From assembly GCA_038087875.1 (NCBI GenBank), contig CM075994.1:7938001-8002000 (forward strand): a stretch of DNA of 64,000 nucleotides, read 5' to 3'. The position numbers were made by a program, and so were the translations under genes. Positions 24,555 through 35,600 of the stretch are shown in pieces. The notes under the pieces are model-generated. The model was not told the origin of the DNA, did not search any database, and saw nothing but the letters and a program-made list of their open reading frames with translations. Origin of the DNA: Malacoraja senta (Eukaryota). Each line of letters starts with the position of its first letter. The stretch's first letter is position 1.

Positions 24555-24667
24555 ACGTCGAGCAGGGTGCGGGCCAGCGCCTCGTCGCTCTGCAGCCGCA
24601 GCTGCCTCTTCACTCGGTCCCAGCGGTGGATCTGCTGGCCCAGGGTGACGGCCCCACAGCCCGCCAT
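24555..24667 (-). CDS. Uncharacterised spliced gene, coding exon 1 (MAGCGAVTLGQQIHRWDRVKRQLRLQSDEALARTLLD-V); motif copy 1
   Basis: ATG in AAGATGGCG context inside a CpG-rich island; 113 nt ending GAC GT|gtgaga (phase-2 donor); an in-frame upstream ATG at 24694 is an alternative start. Confidence 0.75.
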
Positions 24668-25010
24668 CTTCCGCTCTCTGCCAGCACCCAACATGGCCGC
24701 CCGCTCCTCACTGCGGGATGAGACGCCGCCCCTTTGCCAGCACTCAAGATGGCCGCCCCGCTCCTCCCAGTGGCGGAGACGCGGCCTCTTGCCAGCACTC
24801 AAGATGGCCGCTCCGCTCTATGATCTTTGCTCTCTGCGATTAGACGCCGTCTCTGCCAGCACCGAAGATGCCGCCCTCCCTTCAGCAGACGGTGTTTATG
24901 CCAGTGCCAAAGATGGCCGACGCCTCATTTGGAGGGTTCAAATGATCACAGCCCTCGCGGAATAATGGTTCACGGTCCGCCTGCTTCAAAGATGGCGGGG
25001 CATCTCAGCC
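24555..25010 (-). promoter_or_regulatory. CpG-island promoter with tandem YY1-type (AAGATGGC.G) motif array
   Basis: High CpG density; about 7 AA[G/C]ATGGC-type motifs, five of them in 45-64 bp repeats starting TGCCAG at 24679, 24735, 24790, 24854, 24899. Confidence 0.65.
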
Positions 25011-25182
25011 CAGCTTGGAATGTTTTGGTTGATAAAGGTTTCCAAAAGATAAAGAGCTGAAGATCCCTTTATGCAAGGGGGATGATTGCAAAGTGATTCA
25101 CCTCTGAGCAAAAGAAAAGCAGAGTATTTTGCTCAATTGTAATTGTAATTAATGTTATTAGCCAAGTATATAAACATACAAA

Positions 25183-25727
25183 TGTGAGGAATGGGTTAAT
25201 AGGTATAGTTGATTTAGACAAGAACCCATTGTCTAGTAGGGAGTATAGTAGGGAGTATAGAATGGAGAATAAGGGGAGTAAAGGACAAGTACAAATGGTG
25301 ACTTTCAAGGATGAGAACAGAGAAGATAGCAACAGCCCAGCATAGAACTAGGGTAAAGGTCAGAAGAAACACTCAGTGCGCATGGGCAATGAACTTACAT
25401 GAATATGTACACACACCCACTATGACAAGATGTCTCATTTAAATGCACATGCGATGCATGATATCGGAGGTGTCTTTGACGTCGGGTGGACGTTCCAGGA
25501 CGTTCTCGTGGGAATGTGGGCTTTATGTTATGATTGGAAGAAGCACAATGGGGAGGGATGAGGGTGTGACAATGATACCCATTAAATGTATAAAGATGGA
25601 AGTCATCCCGATCCTCGGTGTGTCTTGACAGGGGAGACACCCAACTCTGCAGACTTGCTAATAAATAAACTTGTTTCTCTACATTCTCTACGCATCGTGA
25701 GTGTTCTTTCACAACTTGCGCCTGACA
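25183..25727 (+). repeat. ERV 5' LTR (545 bp)
   Basis: TGTGAGG...CCTGACA; TATAAA near 25589; AATAAA near 25660; identical to the 3' LTR except 1 indel and 1 substitution. Confidence 0.95.
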
Positions 25728-25730
25728 GCT

Positions 25731-25748
25731 TGGGTGCTCGTCCGGGAT
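25731..25748 (+). promoter_or_regulatory. Primer binding site, tRNA-Pro type
   Basis: TGGGTGCTCGTCCGGGAT, one mismatch from the MLV-type Pro PBS TGGGGGCTCGTCCGGGAT, 3 nt after the LTR. Confidence 0.9.
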
Positions 25749-26136
25749 CCCCACTCCCGGCCAGCTGGCGACAGTATACGGAAGAAGGGACGGTGCACCC
25801 CGTTGATTTCAACGGTCCCAGACCCCTAGATTGTCGTCAGCGGTTTGAGCGAGTGATATCCAGGACCAGAGATTAGAGAAACAAGTGGGAGTTCCGATCC
25901 GGAGGAAGATCGGGGGGAAATTCGCGAAGGAGCCAAATCGAGTGATTCTTGTGCACAAGACCCGGGTAAGAAAACTGACAATTAAGTACTACTCGGGCGA
26001 TTAAATAAGACCTTGTGGATACCGCCCTGAAGAATTCAGGGGGTCTGTACGGGCAAGGCAGAAAAGGCGGGAAAATAGATCTGGGGTAAACAGATCGGGG
26101 GGTAAACAGATCGGGGGGGAAATTCCGATCGGGAGG

Positions 26137-27720
26137 ATGGGCAATGAAAACGGAAAGCCCACAAGGGAGGGGAAGGGCGGTAAGCCCGACCCCAGCATTC
26201 TGCCTGATAGTCCGTTGGGGCGAATGCTGAGCCTCTGGGGGCAGAGAAATACCCAGGGAATTGGAGGACAAAAATGATTGAGCCTCTGGGGGCAGGGAAA
26301 TACCCAGGGAATTGGAAGACAAAAATGATTTGATTCTGTTATATTGAGTTTTAATACATGTAAAAGATGTTGCATTTATTGAAGTAAGAATGGAACGAAT
26401 GTGATTTGTGTGTAAAAACCGGTTTGGAATGAAAGAGGAAGTTTATATATGTGATAATTATTTTGTTTATTGTATAAGAGTAAGTAAGTAAGTTTTATTA
26501 AAATCAAAAATGTTCACTGTAGGTGGGTGTATGTTCCTTTAAATAAATCAGGTCATGGTGAAAGATGACGAACAGCTGTAAGATAACGATTAATTGTGAA
26601 ACCAGCTTTTGGTTTTTCTGATGTTCTTTTAGATTTCTAGTCAGTAAAGATAATTTGGAAAATTGTTACTAGTGCTAGGAATTGGACATTTAAAATAGTG
26701 GTGAATATGGATTGAAATAATTGGAAATAAGTTAATTGGTAAACATTCAAGTTTAGAAAGAAAGGAGAGAGAGGCAGTTAGAAGATAACAGAAGTAGAAA
26801 AACGACAGGCGTGAAAGTAATAAAGCAGGAGGAGTCAGTGGAAGATTTTTGCAAGGAGGCTAGAATATTTGAGAAGCAAGAAATTGAGTTTAGAATTAGA
26901 AAGAAGGCATACCAGAAAGGATTAAAGTTGGAAGCATTGGGATAAAGTGATGAGACTGCTTTAAAGAGAAAAGAGAAGGACAGACACAGATTATCCCTTG
27001 GGGCATCCATAAACTGAAAGGGCTAAAAAAAATACCTCACCCTATATCCCTGATGGGGGAGGAAATGGATTAGGGCTTTGGAGGAGGAGAACGTGGGACG
27101 ATTATTGATCATGGAAGATTTGAAGGCACTGTTGGTAAAAGTGATAGGAACCACTAAAGTGACAGAACTGAAGATGGATGGTATAAACTGATGCGAACAA
27201 TGTAACAAGCAATGGCATACTGTTTGACACAGTCAGGCAGAGGGTATGGCAGACCCTCAGACAATGTTACCCACTTAAGAGGAACCCCAAGGAACAAGGG
27301 GAGATACAGAAGGAAAGGCAAATAGCCTATCTGGAAAACCAGCTGAAAAGGTGGAGAGTTGATTGATGAACATTATATTATGAACTACTGTGGTGGATGT
27401 CATTCTTCTTAAAGTCCAAGCAGATTCAGCGAACAGTTGGTCTCTGTGGTCGAGAAATATCGCAAAGATAGGAAAAAGACTTGCAAACCAGCAGGAGCAG
27501 TTGTTGTCAATAAACAATGGACCTAAGTGAGTCCTTTGACGGAACCAAGCAGGGCCAGAGAATTACATGCCAATAATGAATGTCTTTGGGGTACGTTTCC
27601 TCAAAAAGTCCTATCAGGAGTGAAATTAATCTGGATATAAGCCCTAACAGGACTGGGGTCCCCAAGAGAGAAAGGGATTTAAAGGAGGATTTGTTGGTAT
27701 TGTTCCATAAGTAACAAGCG
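26137..27720 (+). pseudogene. gag: Decayed gag
   Basis: Starts MGNENGKPTREGKGGKPDPSILPDSPLGRMLSLWG (MG start and a matrix-like PDSPLG motif), then a ~50-bp tandem duplication, stops and frameshifts; 3' limit approximate. Confidence 0.7.
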
Positions 27721-27839
27721 ATGTAAGAGAGAGAGAGAGAGAGAGAGAGATTAAAAAAAAAAAAAATACTTCAGAATGTAGGACAGAGTATGATAACCTC
27801 GGGAAAAGGCAGGATATAGTTCAGACTAGATTAGGTATA

Positions 27840-28330
27840 AGCCCTGTAGTGTCGTTTATGATGAATAAGGTAATTAAGAGGTTTGGTAGACCTACAGAAA
27901 TCAGCTTTGACAACGGATTGTTTTCATTTAGGGAGTAGCTAAGGTGGCGATAGAGACCCTTAGAGTAAAATACACATTTGGGTATGTAACACCTGCAGTC
28001 ACAGGCATGGTGGAAAGAATAAATGGAACATTGAAGGTTAATATAAATAAGATTTGTTTAATTACAAAGTTGAATTGGATCGATGCCCGGCCATTGGCAC
28101 TGAAGAGATGTTGCATGCCAACTAACCGAGCAGGTGGCACAATGGGGAGGTCCCTACAAGAGACCGAATTTGGAACAGTTAAAGACAGAATTTTAAAAGT
28201 ATATGAAACAGTTAATTATGATATACAAGTCTATTTATGAACAGGAAAAGTAAAAGCTGTTGGAGGTGGACCAGGAGGAAGGACCCTTTAAACCTGAAGA
28301 CAAGGTGTATGTATGAGTTTTTTAAACTAC
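27840..28330 (+). pseudogene. pol: Decayed integrase core/C-terminal remnant
   Basis: FGRPTEISFDNG...GMVERINGTLK..I.K....TKLNWIDA.PLAL matches the retroviral integrase core; no RT/RNase H remnant recognisable upstream. Confidence 0.75.
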
Positions 28331-28554
28331 CGACCGATGTTCAGGTAGAAGGTTGATATACCTGGTACCAATTCAATAATTACATGAGGGCTGTCCCGCA
28401 GGTATGAATAGATAATAGCCCTGAGGTAAGTGAACAGGAGGACAAGAGAAAAGAGTAGAGTTTGAACAAGAACGTTGTTTGACATCAGTGGTGGGCAAAA
28501 TAATGGAAAGCATACTTAAGACAATATATAAGAATAGGGTAGGATTAGGAAGAT

Positions 28555-29425
28555 TTAGCATGGGTTTGTGATTGTGATGTTTGACTAATCTTGAATTTTT
28601 TGAAAAGGTTATTAGGGAAATTGATGAGGGTAAAGTGATGGATGTTGTCTAGATGAACTTCAGTAAGGCCTTTGACAAGGTTCAATAAGGAAATAAGGTT
28701 GGTTAAGAAGGGTTAGTAAGGAATAGCAAGATGGATTAAAAAGTGGCTGTATGGGAGATGTCAGAGAGCAATGGTGGATGGATGTTTGTCAGGTTGGAGG
28801 TCAGTGACTAGAGGGGTACCTCGGGGATGTGTGTTGGGTCCACTGTTGTTTGTCATGTGAATCAATAATCTGGATGTTGGTGTGGTAAAATAGATTAATA
28901 CGTATGTAGATGATACTAAGATAGGTGGTGTTGTGAATAATGAAGTAGATTTTAAAAAGTGTACAGAGAGATTTAGGTCATTTGGAAGAATGGGTTGAAA
29001 CATGACAGATGGGTTTAATGTTGATAAGTATGAGATGATACATCTTGGCAGGACAAATCAAAATTGAATGTACATGGTAAATGATTGTGAATTGAGGAAT
29101 GAAGTTGAACAGGCGGATCTAGGAATAACTGTGCATGGTTCCCTGAAGGTGGAATTTCATGAAGATAGGATGGTAAAGAAAGATTTTGGTGTGTTGGCCT
29201 TTATAAATCAGAGCATTGTGTATAGAAGTTGGGTTGTAATGTTAAATTGTACAAGGTATTGGTGAGGTCAATTGTGGAGTATGGTGTATAATTTTGGTAG
29301 GCATAATTATAGGAAAAGGTCAACAAAATAGAGAGAGTACAGAGGAGATCAATTAGAATGTTGACTGGGTTTCAGCAACTAAGACACAGAGAAAGGTTGA
29401 ACAAGTTAGGTCTTTATTATTTAGG
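28555..29425 (+). mobile_element. CR1 RT fragment embedded in the ERV interior, AT-drifted
   Basis: Traces of EFFEKV.REIDEGK.MDVV...FSKAFDKV, VTRGVPRGCVLGPLLFV, YVDDTKIGG; many stops. Confidence 0.85.
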
Positions 29426-29429
29426 AACG

Positions 29430-29817
29430 ATAGAAGGGGTCCCAACAAATACAAGGGAATGATGTATTCCTAAGGAACTATTTACTGGCAGTATCTCGTT
29501 CTATTACAGAATTAAGAACCAAGGGGCTGCTGGCACAGAGTCCCCATCTCGACTTTCCAATCCATTCTGTGAAAGCGGGGGACTGGAATCTTGTAACATC
29601 ATGGAAGGAAGAAAAGCTGCAACCTAAGTGGACTGGACCCTACCTGGTGTTACTAATCACCGAGACAGCAGTACGAACAAAAGAAAAAGGGTGGACACAC
29701 GCAAGCCGATTTAAGGGTCCTGTGGAGGCCCCATCAAACAATATCAGCCCGTGGACTGTGCGCAAAGGAGAGGAACCGTTGACTTTAATATTTAACAAGA
29801 ATCCGCGGGAAAAATGA
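29430..29817 (+). pseudogene. pol: Integrase C-terminal domain (well preserved)
   Basis: ..IHSVKAGDW...WKEEKLQPKWTGPYLVLLITETAVRTKEKGWTHASRFK; its stop overlaps the env ATG (ATGA 29814-29817). Confidence 0.85.
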
Positions 29818-31019
29818 AGATTTCATGTTGGTGGGTCGTGTGTTGGGTGGTTACCCAACTATGTAAGCATACAGAGTGTTCAAATGCAGGAAAGTGGAAG
29901 GATGTGCAGATAGAACAGGGAGAATGAGTCTAAGGATTTGAAGATAATGATAGTAGCAGGAGAAACAGAATTAAGGCAATTATATGAGATGGGAATACCT
30001 ACAGGAGGGAAGGGAGCCAACACCTGGCTTGCCTGGATGATGTACACGGCCAGGAGTATGCAACACACCAATTGCTACGCCTGTGCCGGAGCTAAGCCTC
30101 AGCTGGTTCCAGAACCATTTCCCTTGAATTGGGATAGGACACCTGGGGCTATGCCATGTATACTACAGCTATTCACGAATCCCATCCTACCAAAGGATGC
30201 GACCTGCCAGAGTTATCATTACCTATTCCCGGCTAGCAACAACAATACAAAGGCCGAAGGACAGACCCACGACCTCCTCCATTTAGAACTCCCCTTGGGG
30301 AGGAGGGATTTGAGTGCTATACCAGATATAACCCAGATGGACAGGAAATGGGGAAGGTGCTGAACTGCAATCAGACGTATAACATAACGGCTGAGGAACA
30401 GGGGCCACTGTTCAAAAGCTCCTGGCTGAGAAAGCAGATAGTCAGTAGAGCCGATGTCTGGTGGTGGTGCGGGGAGAATACCCTGTGGCCCCGGTTACCA
30501 GGGTCATGGACGGGAACCTGTACCCTCACACAACTGATGATGCCCTTCACCATAGCAGTAGAACATGCTGTAGAACTCAATGAAGGAAGCCGACGACAGA
30601 AGAGAGGGCCGAAGGACAGCCCCTTCGACACACACATATATATAGATGCGATAGGGGTGCCAAGAGGGGTACCCGATGAATTCAAAGCCAGAAACCAGAT
30701 AGCTGCGGGCTTTGAGTCCATACTCTTCTGGTGGTCCACACTTAATAAAAATGTGGACTGGATCAACTACCTATACTACAATCAACAACGCTTTATAAAT
30801 TACACTCGAGATGCGGTTGAAGGATTAGCGGAACAACTGACAGATACCAGCCTAATGGCCTGGCAAAATCGCATGGCCTTAGACATGCTACTGGCTGAGA
30901 AGGGAGGGGTGTGTGTAATGTTTGGGGAACAATGTTGCACCTTCATCCCCAACAACACTGCTCCTGATGGGTCAGTGTCGAGAGCCCTAGCAGGTCTCAC
31001 CTCCCTGTCTATCGAATGA
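29814..31019 (+). pseudogene. env: Gamma-type envelope, frameshifted in SU and lacking the TM anchor
   Basis: Signal-like MKISCWWVVCWVV; CYAC (CxxC); furin site RRQKR; YIDAIGVPRGVPDEFKARNQIAAGFES; ISD WQNRMALDMLLAEKGG; CX6CC (CVMFGEQCC); stop after LTSLSIE. Confidence 0.9.
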
Positions 31020-31098
31020 GAGGAAGATAGGAAGAGGCGAAGATTCTGCTGCTAGCATTAGAGAAGGGGCAGATAGTCTAAATCAAAGGTTGCGTAGC

Positions 31099-31116
31099 AA
31101 AAGAAAAAGTGTGGAT
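31099..31116 (+). promoter_or_regulatory. Polypurine tract
   Basis: AAAAGAAAAAGTGTGGAT immediately before the 3' LTR. Confidence 0.75.
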
Positions 31117-31662
31117 TGTGAGGAATGGGTTAATAGGTATAGTTGATTTAGACAAGAACCCATTGTCTAGTAGGGAGTATAGTAGGGAGTATAGAATGGA
31201 GAATAAGGGGAGTAAAGGACAAGTACAAATGGTGACTTTTCAAGGATGAGAACAGAGAAGATAGCAACAGCCCAGCATAGAACTAGGGTAAAGGTCAGAA
31301 GAAACACTCAGTGCGCATGGGCAATGAACTTACATGAATATGTACACACACCCACTATGACAAGATGTCTCATTTAAATGCACATGCGATGCATGATATG
31401 GGAGGTGTCTTTGACGTCGGGTGGACGTTCCAGGACGTTCTCGTGGGAATGTGGGCTTTATGTTATGATTGGAAGAAGCACAATGGGGAGGGATGAGGGT
31501 GTGACAATGATACCCATTAAATGTATAAAGATGGAAGTCATCCCGATCCTCGGTGTGTCTTGACAGGGGAGACACCCAACTCTGCAGACTTGCTAATAAA
31601 TAAACTTGTTTCTCTACATTCTCTACGCATCGTGAGTGTTCTTTCACAACTTGCGCCTGACA
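31117..31662 (+). repeat. ERV 3' LTR (546 bp)
   Basis: Direct repeat of 25183-25727. Confidence 0.95.
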
Positions 31663-32607
31663 CAAAGAATTTGGGATTTCAGAAGACAAGGAACTGCAGA
31701 TGCTGGGATCTTGAGCAAAACACAAAGTGCTGGAGTAACTCAGTGCGCCAGGCAGCATCTGTGGAGAACAGGGATGGATGAACTCGTTGGAGACCCTCCG
31801 GCTATATTTAATCGCACTTTACTGGCTTCATCTTGCACTGGACGTTATTCCCTTTTCATGAAGACAGACGCAAAATTCTGGAGTAACTCAGTGGGTCAGG
31901 CAGCATCTCTGGAGAGAAGGAATGGGTGACGTTTCAGGTGAAAACCAGTCTGAAAAAGGGTCTCGACCGGAAACGTCACCCATTCCTTCTCTCCAGAGAT
32001 GCTGCCTGACCCACTGAGTTACTCCAGCACTCTGTGTCTATCTTCGGTGTAAACCAGCATCTGCAGTTCCTTCGTACACACTCCCTTTAACTTGTACTTG
32101 TACACTGTGGTTTGCTCGATTGTAATCATGTATTGTCTTTCCACTGATTGGTTAGCACGCAACAAAAGCTTTTCACTGTACCTCGGTACATGTGACAATA
32201 TACTAACCTGAATAACATTTGACAAACCGATCAGTCTGAAGAAGGGTCCCAACACAAAATGTTTTTTTGCAGCTTACATAATGTTGACTTTGTTTAGTTT
32301 AGAGATACAGCGTGGAAACAGGCCTGCACCATGTTCGCGCCATCCAGCGATCCCTGCACGCTAACACTATCCTACACACCCTAGGGACAATTTACATTTA
32401 CACCAAGCCAATAAACCGGCAAACCTGTACATTTTTGGAGTGTGGGAGGAAACCGAAGATCTTGGAGGCCATTATATATACACACACTTAACTTTTTTTT
32501 CACTCTCGTTTATTATATTGTTAACAGTGTAATATGTTTACATATTCTGTTGTGCTGCAGCAAGTAATAATTTCATCATTCTATCAGGATCACATGATAA
32601 TAGAACA

Positions 32608-35600
32608 ATCTTCCTGCATCTAGCCTGTCCAACCCCTTAAGAATTTTGTACGTTTCTATAAGATCCCCCCTCAATCTTCTAAATTCTAGCGAGTACAAAC
32701 CGAGTCTATCCAGTCTTTCTTCATATGAAAGTCCTGACATCCCAGGAATCAGTCTGGTGAACCTTCTCTGTACTCCCTCTATGGCAAGAATGTCTTTCCT
32801 CAGATTAGGAGACCAAGACTGTACGCAATACTCCCGGTGTGGTCTCACCAAGACCCTGTACAACTGCAGTAGAACCTCCCTGCTCCTATACTCAAATCCT
32901 TTTGCTATGAATGCTAACATACCATTCGCCTTCTTCACTGCCTGCTGCACCTGCATGCCTACTTTTAATGACTGGTGTACCATGACACCCAGGTCTCGTT
33001 GCATCTCCCCTTATCCTAATCGGCCACCATTCAGATAATAGTCTACTTTCCTGTTTTTGCCACCAAAGTGGATAACCTCACATTTATCCACATTATACTG
33101 CATCTGCCATGCATTTGCCCACTCACCCAACCTATCCAAGTCACCTTGCAGTCTCCTAGCATCCTCCTCACAGATAACACTGCCCCCCAGCTTCGCGTCA
33201 TCCGCAAACTTGGAGATGTTGCATTCAATTCCCTCGTCCAAATCATGAATATATATCGTAAATAGCTGGGGTCCCAGCACTGAGCCTTGCGGTACCCCAC
33301 TAGTCACTGCCTGCCATTGTGAAAAGGACCCGGTTACTCCTACTCTTTGCTTCCTGTCTGCCAGCCAGTTCTCTATCCACATCAATACTGAACCCCCAAT
33401 ACCATGTGCTTTAAGTTTGTATACTAATCTCTTATGTGGGACCTTGTCGAAAGCCTTCTGAAAGTCCAGATATAACACATCCACTGGTTCTCCCTTATCC
33501 ACTACTAGTTACATCCACGAAAAATTCTATAAGATTCATCAGACATGATTTACCTTTCATAAATCCATGCTGACTTTGTCCAATGATTTCACCACTTTCC
33601 AAATGTGCTGCTATCCCATCTTTAATAACTGATTCTAGCAGTTTCCCCACTACCGACGTTAGACTAATTGGTCTGTAATTCCCCGTTTTCTCTCTCCCTC
33701 CCTTTTTAAAAAGTGGGGTTCCATTAGCTACCCTCCAATCCTCAGGAACTACTCCAGAATCTAAAGAGTTTTGAAAAATTATCACTAATGCATCCACTAT
33801 TTCTGGGGCTACTTCCTTAAGTACTCTGGGATGCAGCCTATCTGGCCCTGGGGATTTATTGGCCTTTAATCCATTCAATTTACCTGACACCACTTCCCGG
33901 CTAACCTGGATTTCACTCAGTTCCTCCATCTCATTTGACCCCCAGTCCCCTGCTATTTCCGGCAGATTATTTATGTCTTCCTTAGTGAAGACAGAACCAA
34001 AGTAGTTATTCAATTGGTCTGCCACGTCCTTGTTCCCCATGATCAATTCACCTGTTTCTGACTGCAAGGGACCTACATTTGTTTTAACTAATCTTTTTCT
34101 CTTCACATATCTATAAAAGCTTTTGCAGTCAGTTTTTATGTTCCCTGCCAGTTTTCTTTCATAATCTATTTTCCCTTTCCTAATTAAGCCCTTTGTCCTC
34201 CTCGGCTGGACTCTGAATTTCTCCCAGTCCTCTGGTAGGCTGGTTTTTCTGGCTAATTTGTACGCTTCATCTTTTGTTTTGATACTAGCCCTGATTTCCC
34301 TTGTTATCCATGGATGCACTACCTTCCCCGATTTATTTTTTTGCCAAACTGGGATGAACAATTGTTGTAGTTCACCCATGCAGTCTTTAAATGCCTTCCA
34401 TTGCATATCTACCGTCAACCCATTAAGAATCAATTGCCAGTCAATCTTGGCCAATTCACTTCTCATACCCTCAAAGTTACCTTTCTTTAAGTTCAGGACC
34501 CTTGTTTCTGAATTAACAATGTCACTCTCCATCCTAATGAAGAACTCAACCATATTATGGTCACTCTTGCCCAAGGGGCCACGCACAACAAGACTGCTAA
34601 CTAACCCTTCCTCATTACTCAATACCCAATCTAGAATAGCCTGCTCTCTCGTTGGTTCCTCTACATGTTGGTTTAGAAAACTATCCCGCATACATTCCAA
34701 GAAATCCTCTTCCTATGCACCCTTGCCAATTTGATTCACCCAATCTATATGTTTTACCTTTGTTGCACGCATCTCTAATTTCCTGTTTGATGCCATCCCC
34801 AACTCCACTACTACTGTTAGGTGGCCGGTACACAACTCCACTAGCATTTTCTGCCCCTTAGTGTTTCGCAGCTCTACCCATATTGATTCCACATCCTCCA
34901 AGCTAATGTCCTTCCTTTCTATTGCGTTAATCTGCTCTCTAACCAGCAACGCTACCCCACCTCCTTTCCCTTTCTGTCTATCCCTTCTGAATATTGAATA
35001 TCCCTGGATGTTCAGCTCCCAGCCTTGGTTAACCTGGAGCCATGTCTCCGTGATCCCAACTATATCATAGTCATTAATAGCTATCAGCACATTCAACTCA
35101 TCCACCTTATTACAAATGCTCCTTGCATTGAGACACAAAGCCTTCAGGCTTGTTTTTACAACGCTCTTACCCCTTATACAATTATGTTGAGAAGTGGCCC
35201 TTTTTGATTTTTGCCCTGGATTTGTCTGCCTGCCACTTTTACTTTTCACCTTGCTACCTATTGCTTCTACCCTCATTTTACACCCCTCTGTCTCTACGCT
35301 CACACATTTAAGAAACCCTTTCCCTTTAACTCCATCCTCAACTATCCCATTCGACACCCCACCCCCCTTATTCAGTTTAAAACCACCCGTGTAGCAGTGG
35401 CAAACCTGCCTGCCAGAATGCTGGTCCCCACCTGTTCTGTTAAGATGCAATCCGTCCCTTTTGTACAGTTCCCTTTTACTCCAAAACAGATCCCAGTGAT
35501 CTAAGAATCTAAATCCCTGCCCCGTGCACCAGTTCCTCAGCCACACATTCAGGTCCCGTATCTCCCTGTTCCTGCTCTCGCCAGCACGAGGAACTGGAAG

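Larger units (their letters stand above)
25183..31662 (+). mobile_element. Non-autonomous endogenous retrovirus (class I, gamma/epsilon-like) provirus
   Basis: Paired TG...CA LTRs, 4-bp TSD CAAA (25179-25182 / 31663-31666), PBS, PPT, gag/IN remnants and env. Confidence 0.95.

Noticed and set aside
22749..24965. 738-aa and 533-aa Pro/Ser/Leu-rich plus-strand ORFs
   Set aside because: Stop-free only because the tract is C/T low-complexity; the 738-aa ORF begins in a CR1 tail
24693..24965. Divergent plus-strand gene starting MAARSSLRDE
   Set aside because: The ATGs are parts of YY1-type repeats; no convincing donor or downstream exons
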